Assembly (NCBI GenBank): GCA_038087875.1 | Contig: JAXLNO010000043.1 | Span: forward strand, 1 to 64,000 | Direction: 5' to 3' | Origin: Malacoraja senta | Lineage: Eukaryota | Length of the DNA stretch: 64,000 nucleotides | In this document: positions 11,436 through 23,900 of the stretch, piece by piece | Layout of the letters: every line of letters begins with the position of its first letter | Numbering within the stretch: position 1 is the stretch's first letter | Program-made: the position numbers and the translations under genes | Notes under the pieces: generated by a model | What the model was told of the DNA's origin: nothing | The model's input: only the letters and a program-made list of their open reading frames with translations | Databases searched by the model: none

Positions 11436-12365
11436 CTAACAGAGTAGGGAGAATTCAATGTTCATGCCCCCAGGATGCAGACTCCCCAAGCGGAATATGA
11501 GGTGCTGTTCCTCCAATTTCCGGTGTTGCTCGCTCTGGCCATGGAGGAGACCCAGGACAGAGAGGTCGGTTACGGAATGGGAGGGGGAGTTGAAGTGCTG
11601 AGCCACCGGGAGGTCAGGTTCGTTATTGCCGACCGAGCGGAGGTGTTCGGCGAAACGATCGCCAAGCCTCCGCTTGGTCTCACCGATGTAGTTCAGCTGA
11701 CATCTAGAGCAGCGGATACAATAGATGAGGTTGGAGGAGATGCAGGTGAACCTCTGTCGCACCTGGAATGACTGCTTAGGTCCTTGAATGGAGCCGAGGG
11801 GAGAGGTGAAGGGACAAGTGTTGCATCTCTTGCGGTTGCAAGGGAAAGTGCCCGGGGAGGGGGTGGTACGGGAGGGAAGGGAAGAATTGACAAGGGAGTT
11901 ACGGAGGGAGCGGTCTTTGCGGAAGGCAGACATGGGGGGAGATGGGAAGATGTGGCGAGTGGTGGGGTCACGTTGGAGGTGGCGAAACTGACGGAGGATC
12001 ACTTGTTGTATGTGACGGCTGGTGGGGTGGAAGGTGAGGACTAGGGGGACTCTGCCCTTGTTGTGAGTGGGGGGATGGGGAGAGAGAGCAGTGTTGCGGG
12101 GTATGGAAGAGACCCTGGTGCGAGCCTCATCTATGGTGGAGTAGGGGAACCCCCGTTCCCTGAAGAATGAGGACATTTCGAATGCCCTGGTGTGGAACGC
12201 CTCATCCTGGGAGCAGATGCGGCGTAGACGGAGGAATTGGGAGTAGGGGAAGGAGTCCTTATTGGAAGCAGGATGGGAAGAAGTGTAGTCCAGATATCTA
12301 TGGGAGTCAGTAGGTTTATAGTGGATGTCGGTCAGAAGTCTATCACCTGCGATGGAGATGGTGAG
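11436..12365 (-). CDS. PLE ORF C-terminal part: RT thumb, Cys-rich linker, GIY-YIG endonuclease (open frame, N-terminally truncated)
   Basis: YKPTDSHRYLDYTSSHP, PYSQFLRLRRICS, PCNRKRCNTC, NLIYCIRC..NYIGETKRRL..RFAEH, EQHLIFRL..PGGMN. Confidence 0.88.
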   Translation of the reverse strand, partial: LTISIAGDRLLTDIHYKPTDSHRYLDYTSSHPASNKDSFPYSQFLRLRRICSQDEAFHTRAFEMSSFFRERGFPYSTIDEARTRVSSIPRNTALSPHPPTHNKGRVPLVLTFHPTSRHIQQVILRQFRHLQRDPTTRHIFPSPPMSAFRKDRSLRNSLVNSSLPSRTTPSPGTFPCNRKRCNTCPFTSPLGSIQGPKQSFQVRQRFTCISSNLIYCIRCSRCQLNYIGETKRRLGDRFAEHLRSVGNNEPDLPVAQHFNSPSHSVTDLSVLGLLHGQSEQHRKLEEQHLIFRLGSLHPGGMNIEFSLLC

Positions 12366-12526
12366 GTGAAGTTGCAATAGGTAGCCAGGTTTGGTTATTT
12401 CTGTTGAGTAATAAATGTTGGGCAGCAACTAATTCTGCACCAATGTTGATGTGCGTTGACGAGCCAGTTTACACTCTCATCTAGACAACGCCAATGTTTG
12501 TGGGCGTATGAATTGGGAAACAGTAA

Positions 12527-13036
12527 AGGGCCTGTCCCACTTGTATGCAAATGCACGCGTTTGGCGCGACCAAAACGGAAGCGAAGTTCGCGCTGTTAGC
12601 GCTAAGTTCGCGGTAAGTACGTGCAAAGTACACGGTAAGTATGCGCTAAGTTCGCGCCTGATGTAATTCGCATCATACTTACCAATCAGCTGGGCAGGAG
12701 GCGGGCCGACTGAATTTGGGCGTCGCACGGCGTCGGGCGGTGAAGTCATCGCGCAATGCCACGCGCTAGGCGTACGCCGCCAAGATGCTGCGGTCGACAT
12801 CAAGACGCTGCATTGGCCGTCAGGACGCTGCATACGCCCTCAATGCGCCTGCGAGTCGACAGGCTGTTGGCGCGCGGAATTTTCGGACAGTGCAGGATTT
12901 TCGGAGCCCAGCCCCGCACAACACCATACGCTTCCTCGCTTCGAAGTGGGACCGGCCCCACGCGGCCCGTACGCCTCAAGCGACCACGTTTGGTCGCGCC
13001 AGACGCATGCAATCGCATGCAAGTGGGACAGGCCCT
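12527..13036. mobile_element. PIF/Harbinger-type non-autonomous DNA transposon (MITE), 510 bp
   Basis: Terminal inverted repeats (TIRs) AGGGCCTGTCCCACTTG / CAAGTGGGACAGGCCCT (17 bp perfect, ~50 bp imperfect); TAA duplicated at 12524-12526 and 13037-13039. Confidence 0.92.
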
Positions 13037-13130
13037 TAACACAGCGTGCATTTGTTTAGACTAGATCGGAGCTTTGATAAGCTCATTCATTTCAGACATT
13101 AGATACGTTGTCCTCTCAAGCGGAAGTCTT

Positions 13131-13485
13131 AGACAATAGACAATAGACAATAGGTGCAGGAGTAGGCCATTCGGCCCTTCGAGCCAGCAGCGCCATTCAA
13201 TATGATCATGGCTGATCTTCTCCAATCAGTACCCCGTTCCTGCCTTCTCCCCATACCCCCTGACTCCGCTATTTTTAAGAGCCCTATCTCGCTCTCTCTT
13301 GAAAGCATCCAGAGAACCGGCCTCCACCGCCCTCTGAGGCAGATAATTCCGCAGACTCACCACTGTCTGTGAGAAAAAGTGTTTCCTCGTCTCCGTTCTA
13401 TATGGCTTACTCCTTATTCTTAAACTGTGGCCCCTGGTTTTGGACCCCCCCCCCCCCCCCAACATCGGGAACATATTTCCTGCGT
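13131..13485 (-). mobile_element. CR1 LINE 3' fragment
   Basis: TRGHSLRIR..FFSQTVV..GYGEKAGTGY plus (TATTGTC)n tail. Confidence 0.88.
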
Positions 13486-15695
13486 CCATGTTTCCTGCAT
13501 CTTCTGAATCTTCTGGGTTTATCCTTTTGTCCTATTTTATTTCCTATGCCCGGCAATAACTGCGGTTCGCAATACAGTATTAGCATTTTACTCGATTCTG
13601 TCTCCCACCCCCACACCTCATCTTCTCACGCATGTGTCGAACTGTTCATTTGCGGTTAACAAGGATGCATCAACTTCTCTTGTATATAAACACCGGCTGT
13701 GTCACGTGGGTAATCTTTGCCCCATCATTGTACTTATATTCACGCTCTGATCACAGTTGTTACTTATCTCCAATCATTAGATTTGTCTGGGTACGGCTAG
13801 ATGTATTATTGCCGCATGTACGTATTTACAGTGAAAAGCCTGGTTTTGCATGATATCCACTCAGACCAGTCACACCATACATGGACACAATAGAAAATAT
13901 CTCTGCAATATCTTGCCGTCTTGACTAGAACTATTTCCAAACCAGGCTGTGATGCATCCTGACCTTCTGCTTTCAATGGCACATCTGGAGATGTTTGTAG
14001 AGGTATTGTCAGTCTCCTGCGGAAGTCGAGTGTGCCTTCTTGGTTGTCTGAACAGTGTGGTTCATCCAGGACACATCGGTGTTAATATTAACGCCAAACA
14101 ACTTGAGCCTCAACTATTTCCACTTCCGCGCCAATAATCCTGATTTACGCATGTACTCCACCTTGCTTCCAGGAATTAATAACTAGCCCCTTCATCTTCA
14201 TGATGTTGATGGAGAAACTATTGTTCTGACACAATGTGAGTAGGTACATTATCTCTTCCCTGAACTCCGCCTCATCATTGTCCCCGATCCGGCCCATCAC
14301 AGGGTTGTCGTCAGAGAACAATGGAGAGTGTAAAGAGAGAATCGCAGTGGACCGAGAAATCACCCTTGCAGGGCGCCGGTGTTGAGAGTAATTATGGAGG
14401 AGATGTTGTCACCTGTAGTCACTGACTCAGGTCCGTGGGCCATAGGGCCGATGAAGCAGTGGCAGAGGGCGGATCACATACCTAGGCCATGGACACAGGT
14501 ATACACGGCCACACGCACAATGCCAAGCTCAGGCGATGTTCAATTAATTATCAAACTGATCCTGGAATCGTTAGAAACATAGATAGAAACATAGAAAATA
14601 GGTGCAGGAGGAGGCCATTCGGCCCTTCGAGCCAGCACCACCATCCATTGTGATCATGGATGATCGTCCCCAATCAATAACCCGTGCCTGCCTTCTCCCC
14701 ATACCCCTTGACCATACCCCTGGTCACATTAGTCTTCAGTTCCCTCTTGTCCACAAGGAACTTCGCTTGTATGTATTTAACAAATGGACATCGTCGTTTT
14801 CTGGAGGAGAGTGTACTCTCCATGCAGATATATCTGAGAGAGTAAATTACAACTCATCTCAGTCACTCCAAGGTGAATTGATTATCTGAACTTCTGATCC
14901 CAACGTAATCATTCTTATACCCGTTGTTTATTGCTTTGATGGTCTACCCTGTCAGGATGTCGCAGTCCCATAAATCAATGTCAATAAATTAACTTGTTGT
15001 TCTTAGCAACTGTACACAGTAGAGGATCTGATTAAATGGTGATCGTCTCACAGCTACTTTATGCTCTGGATAAATCTCGACTTGGACTCTACACCGCTTC
15101 AAATGTAAGTATCACCTTCAATAAAAGAGAAAGCCAGTGCATAATATTCTGTGGACCAATTGCTAGTAAATGTGATTCAATAATTGGGTAGCATGGACAC
15201 AGAGAGTTGCTGGGTCTGTTTCTCTGCTGTGTGACTATGACTCTTGGTACAGTCTCTGCATGTTTCTCCACATCTGGTATCACCGTCAGTAGTTATAGCT
15301 GGACTGTACTGCGATGCCCTTGTGTGTCCCAGCAGTAGGGAGAAGTGAGGACTTTATGCCCTGGAGCGAAGGAAGCTGAGGGGTGATGATATAAAGAGTG
15401 TTAAATCATGAGACGAATAATAAGGATGAATGCAGTCTTTTTTCCAGGATGGAGAATCAAAAATCAGATATCATAGGTTTAAGGTGAGAGGGGCAAGATT
15501 TACAAGGAACCTGAAGTGAAGACTTGACACAAAGATGGTGCTGGGTATAAGGGACAAACTTAGGTAAGATAATTTACTTCTGACATTACATATGAGTTTT
15601 CTGAGTCTGCTGAGTATATTATGTTTTATGTTGTATTGCAAATGCCCGGCAATTAATACGGTCCACGATACGGTATCGGGTGTTTTACTGTGTTA

Positions 15696-16125
15696 CATAG
15701 ATACATAGAAAATAAGTGCAGGAGTAGGCCATTCGGCCCTTCGAGCCTGCACCGCCATTCAATATGGTCATGGCTGATCATCCAACTCAGTATCCCGTAC
15801 CTGCCTTCTCTCCATACCCCCTGATCCCCTTAGCCACAAGGGCCACATCTAACTCCCTCTTAAATATAGCCAATGAACTGGCCTCAACTACCCTCTGTGG
15901 CAGAGAGTTCCAGAGATTCACCACTCTCTGTGTGAAAAAGTTTTTCCTCATCTCGGTCTTAAATGATTTCCCCCTTATCCTTAAGCTGTGACCCCTTGTC
16001 CTGGACTTCCCCAACATCGGGAACAATCTTCCTGCATCTAGCCTGTCCAACCCCATAAGAATGTTGTACGTTTCTATAAGATCTCCTCTGAATCTCCTAA
16101 ATTCTAGCGAGTATAAGCCAATTCT
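15696..16125 (-). mobile_element. Young CR1 LINE 3' fragment
   Basis: GLYSLEFRR.RGDLIE..FFTQRVVNLWNSLP; near identical to the 3' ends of the 7.1, 33.2 and 53.9 kb copies. Confidence 0.9.
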
Positions 16126-18039
16126 TCCAGCCGCGCCCACTCGTCACCTTGTCTTCGCATTTGTCCAACAGTTCATTTGTGGTTAACCGCCATTCAACAC
16201 CTTCTCTTGTTTAATCAATACTGTTTCCATTACATGAACATTCTTAGAGCCATCGTAGTACGAACATCCCGCTCTGTTCATGGTTGTTACTTATATCAGA
16301 TCATTAGATCAGGTAAGGTGAGGCTGGTCTATTATTGTCACATGTTCCTCGTTGCAGTGGAAAGCGTGGCTTTGCACGCTATCTATTCAGTCCAGATATG
16401 CCATACATCGATACATCAATTAAAGTCCTGTAGTTGGAACGTGGAGGAAGATACATAATGCAGAGTATAGTGTATTATATAGTATATCGTGCTGAATATT
16501 GTTGGTTATTCCCGTCAAACCATGAATTCTCCGTGTAATTATGAGAATCAAAAACCTTAGTTCAAGTCACATTGTATAATTCAGTTCTCCGTCCAACTGG
16601 ACAAGTGCAGTTGGACAATTCGAGTTCTGTAAAAACACAAACAAAGAATGTGTGTACAAATATTATTTAAATGTGCATGTGTATAACTGGAACAATGGAA
16701 CAATACGCCATGAAATATCCCCCTGGGATCGCGATGTTGTAGACAATTAAGATGAGAGGCGTTTTAGGTTTGAGCTTCAGGTTTAAGTTTGTTATTGTTA
16801 CACGAGTATATGTGAAAAGCGATATGTTGCATACTATCCAAACACATCAGATATACCATATATAGACAGTATGTTCAAATTCGAGGACATCGAGTGGTGG
16901 GAATATGGATTTACATGGAGAATGAGCTACCAGAGGAGGTCGTTGAGGAAGTCATTGTTACAACCTTGCAATGGCAGTTAGACTGCTTGGTGGATAGGAA
17001 CGATTTGGGGATATGTGGGTGAAAGATGGGTTGGAGTGATTACTGTGGATGGGGCACATCGGTCGGCAGCTGGGACGAAAGGGCTGTTACCATATCCTCT
17101 GACAATATATAGAGCCATGTGGAAGATACAGGGTGCAGCATATAGTTCGCACCATTGAGCGGATTGCAGTGCATACGTTACTTGGAGGAACTGACCGGTC
17201 TGGACACGTCTTTGATTACGTTTTGTTTCCGAGGCAGCGTGAAGTGTAGATGGAGTCAATGGTGGGACGTCCGGTCTGTGTGATGGGTTGGGCTATATTT
17301 AAAACTGCAATTTCTCGCGGTCTTGGCAGACCAGTTACCACTCCAATCTGTGGTGCAACCTGACAATATGCTTTCCACGATATATCCCGAGAATCTTGTC
17401 AGGGTCACTAGTGACAAGCCACATTTCCCCAGACTCCTCCTGAAGTAGAGGCGTTGATGCCTTCTTGGAAGTCGCATCAACGTGATTACCCCGCGACAGA
17501 TCGTTGGTAATGTAATTCCATGCAACTTGAGCTTTCGACCATTTTCAATTCCATACCATTGATGCGTTGTACTCCACCATGCTTCATGAAGTCAATAATT
17601 ACCTCCTTCAACTTGCTGACATTGAAAGAGGGGTTATTGTCCTGACACCATGTTACTAAGTTCACTATCTTCGTCGTCTACTCCATCTCCACGTTGCACA
17701 TTATTTGACCCTTCCCATTTGTATCATCAGCAAACTCGTAGATACAATAAGAGCCGTGTTTGGCCGCACGGTGGCGAGTGTAAATGAGGTATGGTGGAGG
17801 ACTGAAAACCAATACTTGCAGGCTCTTGTGTTATTCTGGAGGAAGTGTAATCTATAATCACTGACTGATGACTGTTAGTGCTGAAATCAAGCATTCAGTG
17901 GAAGAGGGGGAAAAGATACCTCGGTCCCGGAGTTTGGAGAAGCTAACCACCCCATCCTTTTGCGCATACATGTACACATTGCTAAACGCATACAATAAAG
18001 TTCGAGTCTGTTCTTATTTTCAATATTATCCATGAACTG

Positions 18040-18765
18040 ACCTAGGCACCAGTAGTGGCTGCCTCGCCAGCAGGGTGTCTGTCCTTTCTACTTTTTTCTT
18101 ATTTTAATGTGTTCAAAAGTATGTTTTAGTGTTCCTTGTTTTGTTTTATGTGGGGTTGTGTGTGTGTGTGTGGGGGGGGGGCTTTTATTCAACCTCTTAC
18201 TTTGACGGAGATGCGATTATTTTCCGTATCGTATCTCCGTCCGCACTGTGCCCTAACACCGTGGAGTTGGCGGCCTTCCCTGGAGACCGATCCGGCGCTC
18301 CAAGCCACGGGAGTCTGCGGGACTATAACATCGCGGAACTTGCGATCCCTTTGCCGGGGATCGAAGCTCCAACCGCGGGTACTGTGGACGTTAACATCGT
18401 GGATCCCGCTGTCTCTGGTAAGAAGAGGCCGACTCGAGAGCTCCATGCCGCGGGGGAGTTTCAACCGCCCCGCCGCGGGAGTTATGATCACCCCGACGGG
18501 GGCTTCGATCGTCGGCTGCGGGGCTCTGATCGCCCCGACTGCGGATGGTTTAACTGACCCGACCGCGGAGTATAAAGAGGAAGAAGATTGGACTTGTTTA
18601 CCTTCTTTCACAGTGAGGAATGTGGGGAATCCGCTATGGTGGATGTTTACGTTAACTTTTATGTAATTGTGTGTCTTATTGCTTTTGTTTCGTATGGCTG
18701 AATGGTAATTCGCATATCACTGCACCGTCATTGGTACATGTGACAATAAAGGTCCTTTGAATCAT
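18040..18765 (+). mobile_element. Unclassified ~700-bp non-coding SINE-like element (AT-rich arm, GC-rich core, LINE-like 3' end)
   Basis: 3' end TCACAGTGAGGAATGTGG..GGTGGATGTT..CATGTGACAATAAA; related reverse-orientation copies at 26632-27280, 32007-32800 and 60733-61090. Confidence 0.55.
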
Positions 18766-20329
18766 TTGATCGATTCGAAGTTCTGTTCTTCGCTCCTCAA
18801 ACAATGAAGCTGTGATCCAATAATTACCGGAGGTTGTGCAAATTGCAGCTTTTCAATGATGGGGACATCAGGTGGGTGGCAAGAGAACTGCATGCGAACG
18901 GGCACGAATCCATCAATAAGTCATTTATGGATAACTTGCAGGTTCCGCGTGTATGTTGGGTAATTTGCTACGTTTCCCGGATCAGAAGGAAAGTGCTACT
19001 TTTTGTCTCCATTCTCCAGTAGACGATGGTGGCAAACCAGCTGCCTCCCAAGATGTCGACCGGAATTCGATCCCTGGCCTCCGCAGTTGACCCGATCCAG
19101 GTGAAGCCCGGCTACCGAGAGCTTTGGAGATTTCGTTCAGATTCCAATTACTACCCATTTTAATAATAATAAGGAATGGTGAATTGCGGTAAACGGGACT
19201 CAATGACAAATTATTATTCACTGTGATCTAGTCGTTGGGTCAGGGATGCAATTCCCGCCCCTCTCATTTTCCCGGTAAAATGGTGAACCTACGAGGGCAT
19301 CTTCCTGACCTCTTTATTGCAGAATCCTACAGAAATCGAGGGAAGATCCCGACATGTCGCGACGATAGGTTCAGATGGTGTGACGCCTGTTTCTTCAAAC
19401 GATAACCTGATGAAAATCTTCTTGCCCCTGCTGTTATTCGTTTGTACCCGCTCTCTGATGGTTTTACAGCTTCGCTGAAATGTGGCGCCCTGTTTAAACA
19501 CAATATTCCAACATACACAGAACATGATGGAGAAAAGTCAGGCACCGCCAAGAGTCATAACGTCATACAGTACTGAAACACCCTCTGGCCCAACTCGACC
19601 ACACCATCTAAAATAGTCCATCAAAGCTTGAATGTTTGCCGAGTTCAATCCATATCTTATTCTAATCCTCCCCTATCTACCTGTCCAAAAGTTCACTTGA
19701 AATCTTTTTGTCCTTCCTCAACTACCTCATCTGGCACTCGTTCAGTATATCCAACATCCACAGTGTGAAAAACGTTCATTTTAAATATCTTTTATACGTC
19801 AGATCGCCACTGCTACCCGAATATGACAAAAACACAGTTTGCGTTTCCTTTCTTCAGTAGCACATGGTGACATACCAGCTGCCTCCCAGCAGTCGGGTGG
19901 AGTTCGTTCCCCGGCCACCGCAGTTGATCCAATCCACACGAAATCTGCCTCCCGGGAGCATCTTTAATCTCTCCCTACTACATCTTTAATCTCTCCCTGT
20001 TCCGTTCTGAGGCACCCACCTGCTTCAAGAAGACCACCATTATCCCTAACCCGAAGTAAAGCAAGATATCGTGCCCAAAGGACAACCGCACTGTGCCCTT
20101 GACATCTACCATCATGAATAGTTTCAGGAGACTATTAAATCATGTCTACCACGCGGCCTGGACGCACTGCAGTTCGCCTACCGCCAGAACAGGTTCACGG
20201 GAGTTGCCATCACCCTCATCCCTGGAACACCTGGATAAGAGAGACACATACGTCAGACCCTGACAGCTACACAGCTCCTTAACTACAGCTCTGCCGTTAA
20301 CACCGTTATACCATCCAGGTTCATCACCG

Positions 20330-20682
20330 AAATAGTTATATAGTTATACAGCTGGATAGCTAGGTAGCAACGTAGCTAGATAGCTAGGTAGACGGGTAGT
20401 AAATAGCTGGATAGCCAGCTAGATAGCTACATATCTGTGTAGATAGCTAGACAGATACATAGTTAGATAGTGAAATAGCTGGATAGCCAGCTAGATAGCT
20501 ACATATCTATGTAGATAGCTAGACAGATAGACAGTGAAATAGCGAAATAGCTGGATTGACAGCTAGATAGTTACATATCTATGTAGATAGCTAGACAGAT
20601 AGATAGTTAGATAGTGAAATAGCTGGATAGCCAGCTAGATAGCTACATATCTATGTAGATAGCTAGACCGATAGATAGTTAG
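20330..20682. repeat. Complex (GATA/GCTA)n satellite, left part
   Basis: ~70-bp recurrent unit AGTGAAATAGCTGGATAGCCAGCTAGATAGCTACATATCTATGTAGATAGCTAGACAGATAG. Confidence 0.9.
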
Positions 20683-20885
20683 TGTAGATGAGATATGCAT
20701 GTGCCTTTAACATAGTGACCTCACACCCACTAACCACTCCCCATATCACAAGTATAACTACAACCTCCACACCCACAGATCGCTCTCTAGTTCCTGTGAC
20801 AGACCACGTACAGCTAGTGCAATGTATAATGTCCAGTATGAATAAAGATAGTAAAGTAACGATGCCTCGTTATCAAACCTTTACA
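20683..20885 (+). repeat. 5' LTR
   Basis: TGTAGATG...CTTTACA with AATAAA at 20841; identical to 25221-25423. Confidence 0.97.
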
Positions 20886-20978
20886 TGGTGTCAAATAACT
20901 TACCTTGCGCCTCCCGTTTATCGGTTTATCATTTAATTTTGACCCGGTTTTTTGTTTCCCCCCCTAACTGTTTTTGTT

Positions 20979-23900
20979 ATGGCCTCTTCTGCCCGTAAGC
21001 CCGATGCGCTCGTTTTCGATTTCGACATCGCCCTTCGATGGGACATATTCAAACGCGACTTTGAACACTATTTCACGATTGCCCATCCTGGCGCCACCGA
21101 CGCTCTCAAAGCCTCGCTGCTTCTCAACTTGGCTGGTCCCAACGCCTTGACTCGCTCGGACTTCTTCGTCTACGCTCCTGGAGAATCAGCTCGGGACCCG
21201 GCATGTCTGTTGGCTAAGTTTGACGCTATTTGTGACATTCCTACTAATTGCATTTTAGAACGTTTTAAACTGTTCGCGCGGCGTCAGCTCCCTGGGGAAT
21301 CGGCTGAGAACTATGTCATTGCGCTGCGGGACCTGGGCAGGCGCTGCCGCCTCGAGACGTGGACCCCCGATAATGTCATCAGGGACCTACTGGTTTACGG
21401 TCTCCGTGATGAGAAGCTCAGGTCCGAACTACTTCGCAAGCCGGATCTGACCTTGGCCGATGCAATGCACGCTACTCGCTTAGCCGACGCTGTTTCCGCG
21501 GCGGCGCCTCCGGCTGAACAGGCGATCAACTTTGCCAGCACTCCTAGCTATCTCATGAACGCACCCCAGTCGCGACCCCCGGTGTCGCTCGCTGCTCGAG
21601 GGGGACGCGCCCCGGGGTTCGGTGGTGCCACAAGGGGAGACACCCAGCAAAGGTGCCCTAATTGCAACTTCACAACTCATCAGTTCAATGTGTGCCCTGC
21701 GCTGGGAAAGTACTGCAACTCCTGTAATAAGTTGAACCATTTTGCTGCAGCTTGTCGTTCCCGTGGGAAGCCTGTCGCTGCTCGAAGGCAAAATTTAAAC
21801 AACCTTCTACAGTCGGATAATGATCTCAGCTCCCAGCACTATTCCGATGAACATTCTGTTCCTACATCCAACTCCTCTCAGGCAGAAACCAGCTTGTTTA
21901 CCGTGGTGAACGCACCTGCTATGATAACGGATCCTTCTGTGCAAGTCACTGTGAACAACTCGACCTTCACGGCCAAAATCGACACTGGGGCGGTTACCAA
22001 TGTTATGTCAACATCTCTTTTCAACCAGATAAGGACTAATGAGAAGATATTTTCTCAGAGCTCAAACCTGCATGCCTACGGTGGGGAGATCCTTACTCCT
22101 GTGGGCAAGGCCACACTACACTGTAAGATACTGAAGGCCACTCGGCCCCTCGCCTTCTTTCTCCTCAATCGAAGTTGCGTTCCCCTGCTGGGGATCCAGG
22201 CATGCCAGGAAATGGGACTGGTGTCCTTCCACCGGGACATCCACCACGTGCAGGCTCTTATGGACCCGCTGGCCGAGTATCCTGACCGCCTTGATGATAA
22301 GCTAGGCAAACTACCCTGCAGCTACAAGATTGAAGTGGACCATAAGATCGTTCCTGTGGTCCATGCTCCTCACCGTATTTCCTTCGCCATGAGGGACAAA
22401 GTGGAGGCGACCCTACACAGTATGGTACAAATGGGCGTCCTAAAGGCGGTCGTCGAGCCCACCAGCTGGGTCTCTTCCATGGTTGTTGCTGCTAAAAAGG
22501 ACATGAGTGAGATACGCATCTGCATCAACCCCAGAGACCTCAACCTGGCCATTCAGCGCCCTCACTACCCTATGAGAACGGTGGAAGACGTCGCTGCACG
22601 GGTTGGTCCAGCAACGGTCTTTTCGGTCCTCGATGCCAAGAGTTCACTCTGGCAGATACCACTGGACGAGCGGTCGTCCATTTTGACAACCTTCGCCACC
22701 CCCTACGGAAGGTTCCGGTTCCTCCGAATGCCCTTCGGAATCAACTCTGCCAGCGAGGTATTCCAGCGAACCATGGAACAGTTGTTTTCAGATCTGCCTT
22801 GCGCCATAATTGTTGACGACATCCTCGTTTACGGTAAGGATGTTGCCGAACACGATGTCAACCTCCGCCTGATCCTGGACCGGGCCAGGCAAATCAACTT
22901 GAAACTGAACCCCAAGAAGTGCCGATTCCGCGTCTCGGAGGTCACCTATGTTGGACACGTATTCACCGCTGAGGGGCTGAAGCCTGACCCGCAGAAAACG
23001 ACTGCCATCTCAGGGATGCTTCCTCCTACTAACGTGGCAGGCCTGCAACGCTTTCTCGGCTTGGTAAACTACCTGGGGAAGTTCATCCCCGACCTAAGCG
23101 AGCTCAGCGCTCCCCTGAGGGATCTGATCAAAAAGGACACTTCCTGGCTTTGGTTACCCAATCATCAGAAGGCATTTGACATTCTTAAGTCTAAACTGAT
23201 CAGCACACCCACGCTCAAGTTGTTTGACCTGCGGCATCCCATTGTCCTCACCTGCGACGCCTCTCAATTCGGACTCGGTGCCGCCTGCCTCCAGGTCCAT
23301 GACGGCCTGCAGATGCCTGTCTCATTCGCGTCCCGCACCATGACCGCCACCGAACAGCACTACGCGCAGATTGAGAAGGAGCTACTGGCCGTGCTGTTTG
23401 CCTGCTCCAAATTCCGGGACTACATCGTGGGCAACACTTTCACCGTTGAAACTGACCATCAACCACTTGTTACCATCCTCAACAAACCGATCCATGTGGC
23501 CTCATCACGTCTGCAGCGCATGCTGCTGCAGCTCCAGCGTTTCACGTTCACGGTGGTTTATCGTAAGGGGAAGGACATGTTCGTAGCCGACACGTTGTCT
23601 CGCGCCCCGCTGACGTCCACTGCTCGCCACCAATACGAAACGTCCGAGTTACTAGTACTACGATTGAACTTCGTCCCCTCGCCACAGATGAAATCCCTGG
23701 TTGAACACACTACCAACGACCCTGCCCTGCAACAGCTGTCTGCCGTCATCCGGCAGGGCTGGCCTGACCGTCGCTCGGCACTGCCGGCTGGAGCCGTGCC
23801 CTACTTCCTGATTCGGGACGAGCTCGTATTGCACGACGGCGTGGTGGTGAAGGGTCACAAAGTGGTCGTGCCCGCGGCGCTGCACGACCACTATTTTCAG

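Larger units (their letters stand above)
11214..12373 (-). mobile_element. Penelope-like element (PLE), 5'-truncated, with target-site duplication (TSD)
   Basis: RT thumb, Cys linker and GIY-YIG ORF; PLE terminal sequence at 11214-11345; direct repeat GCAATAGGTA at 11204-11213 and 12374-12383. Confidence 0.92.

Noticed and set aside
4190..18000. Uni-strand piRNA-cluster-like orientation bias (most TEs here are on the minus strand)
   Set aside because: The bias does not hold across the rest of the window and is partly due to tandem duplication of the same relics. Small-RNA data would be needed.
19020..19125. tRNA- or vault-like Pol III gene (B-box-like GGATCGAATTCC on the minus strand)
   Set aside because: No cloverleaf or A box, and the motif is not kept in the duplicate module at ~19900.
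19190..19790. Immunoglobulin/TCR recombination signal heptamers (CACTGTG at ~19219, CACAGTG at ~19760)
   Set aside because: No nonamer at 12/23 spacing and no V, D or J coding motifs nearby.
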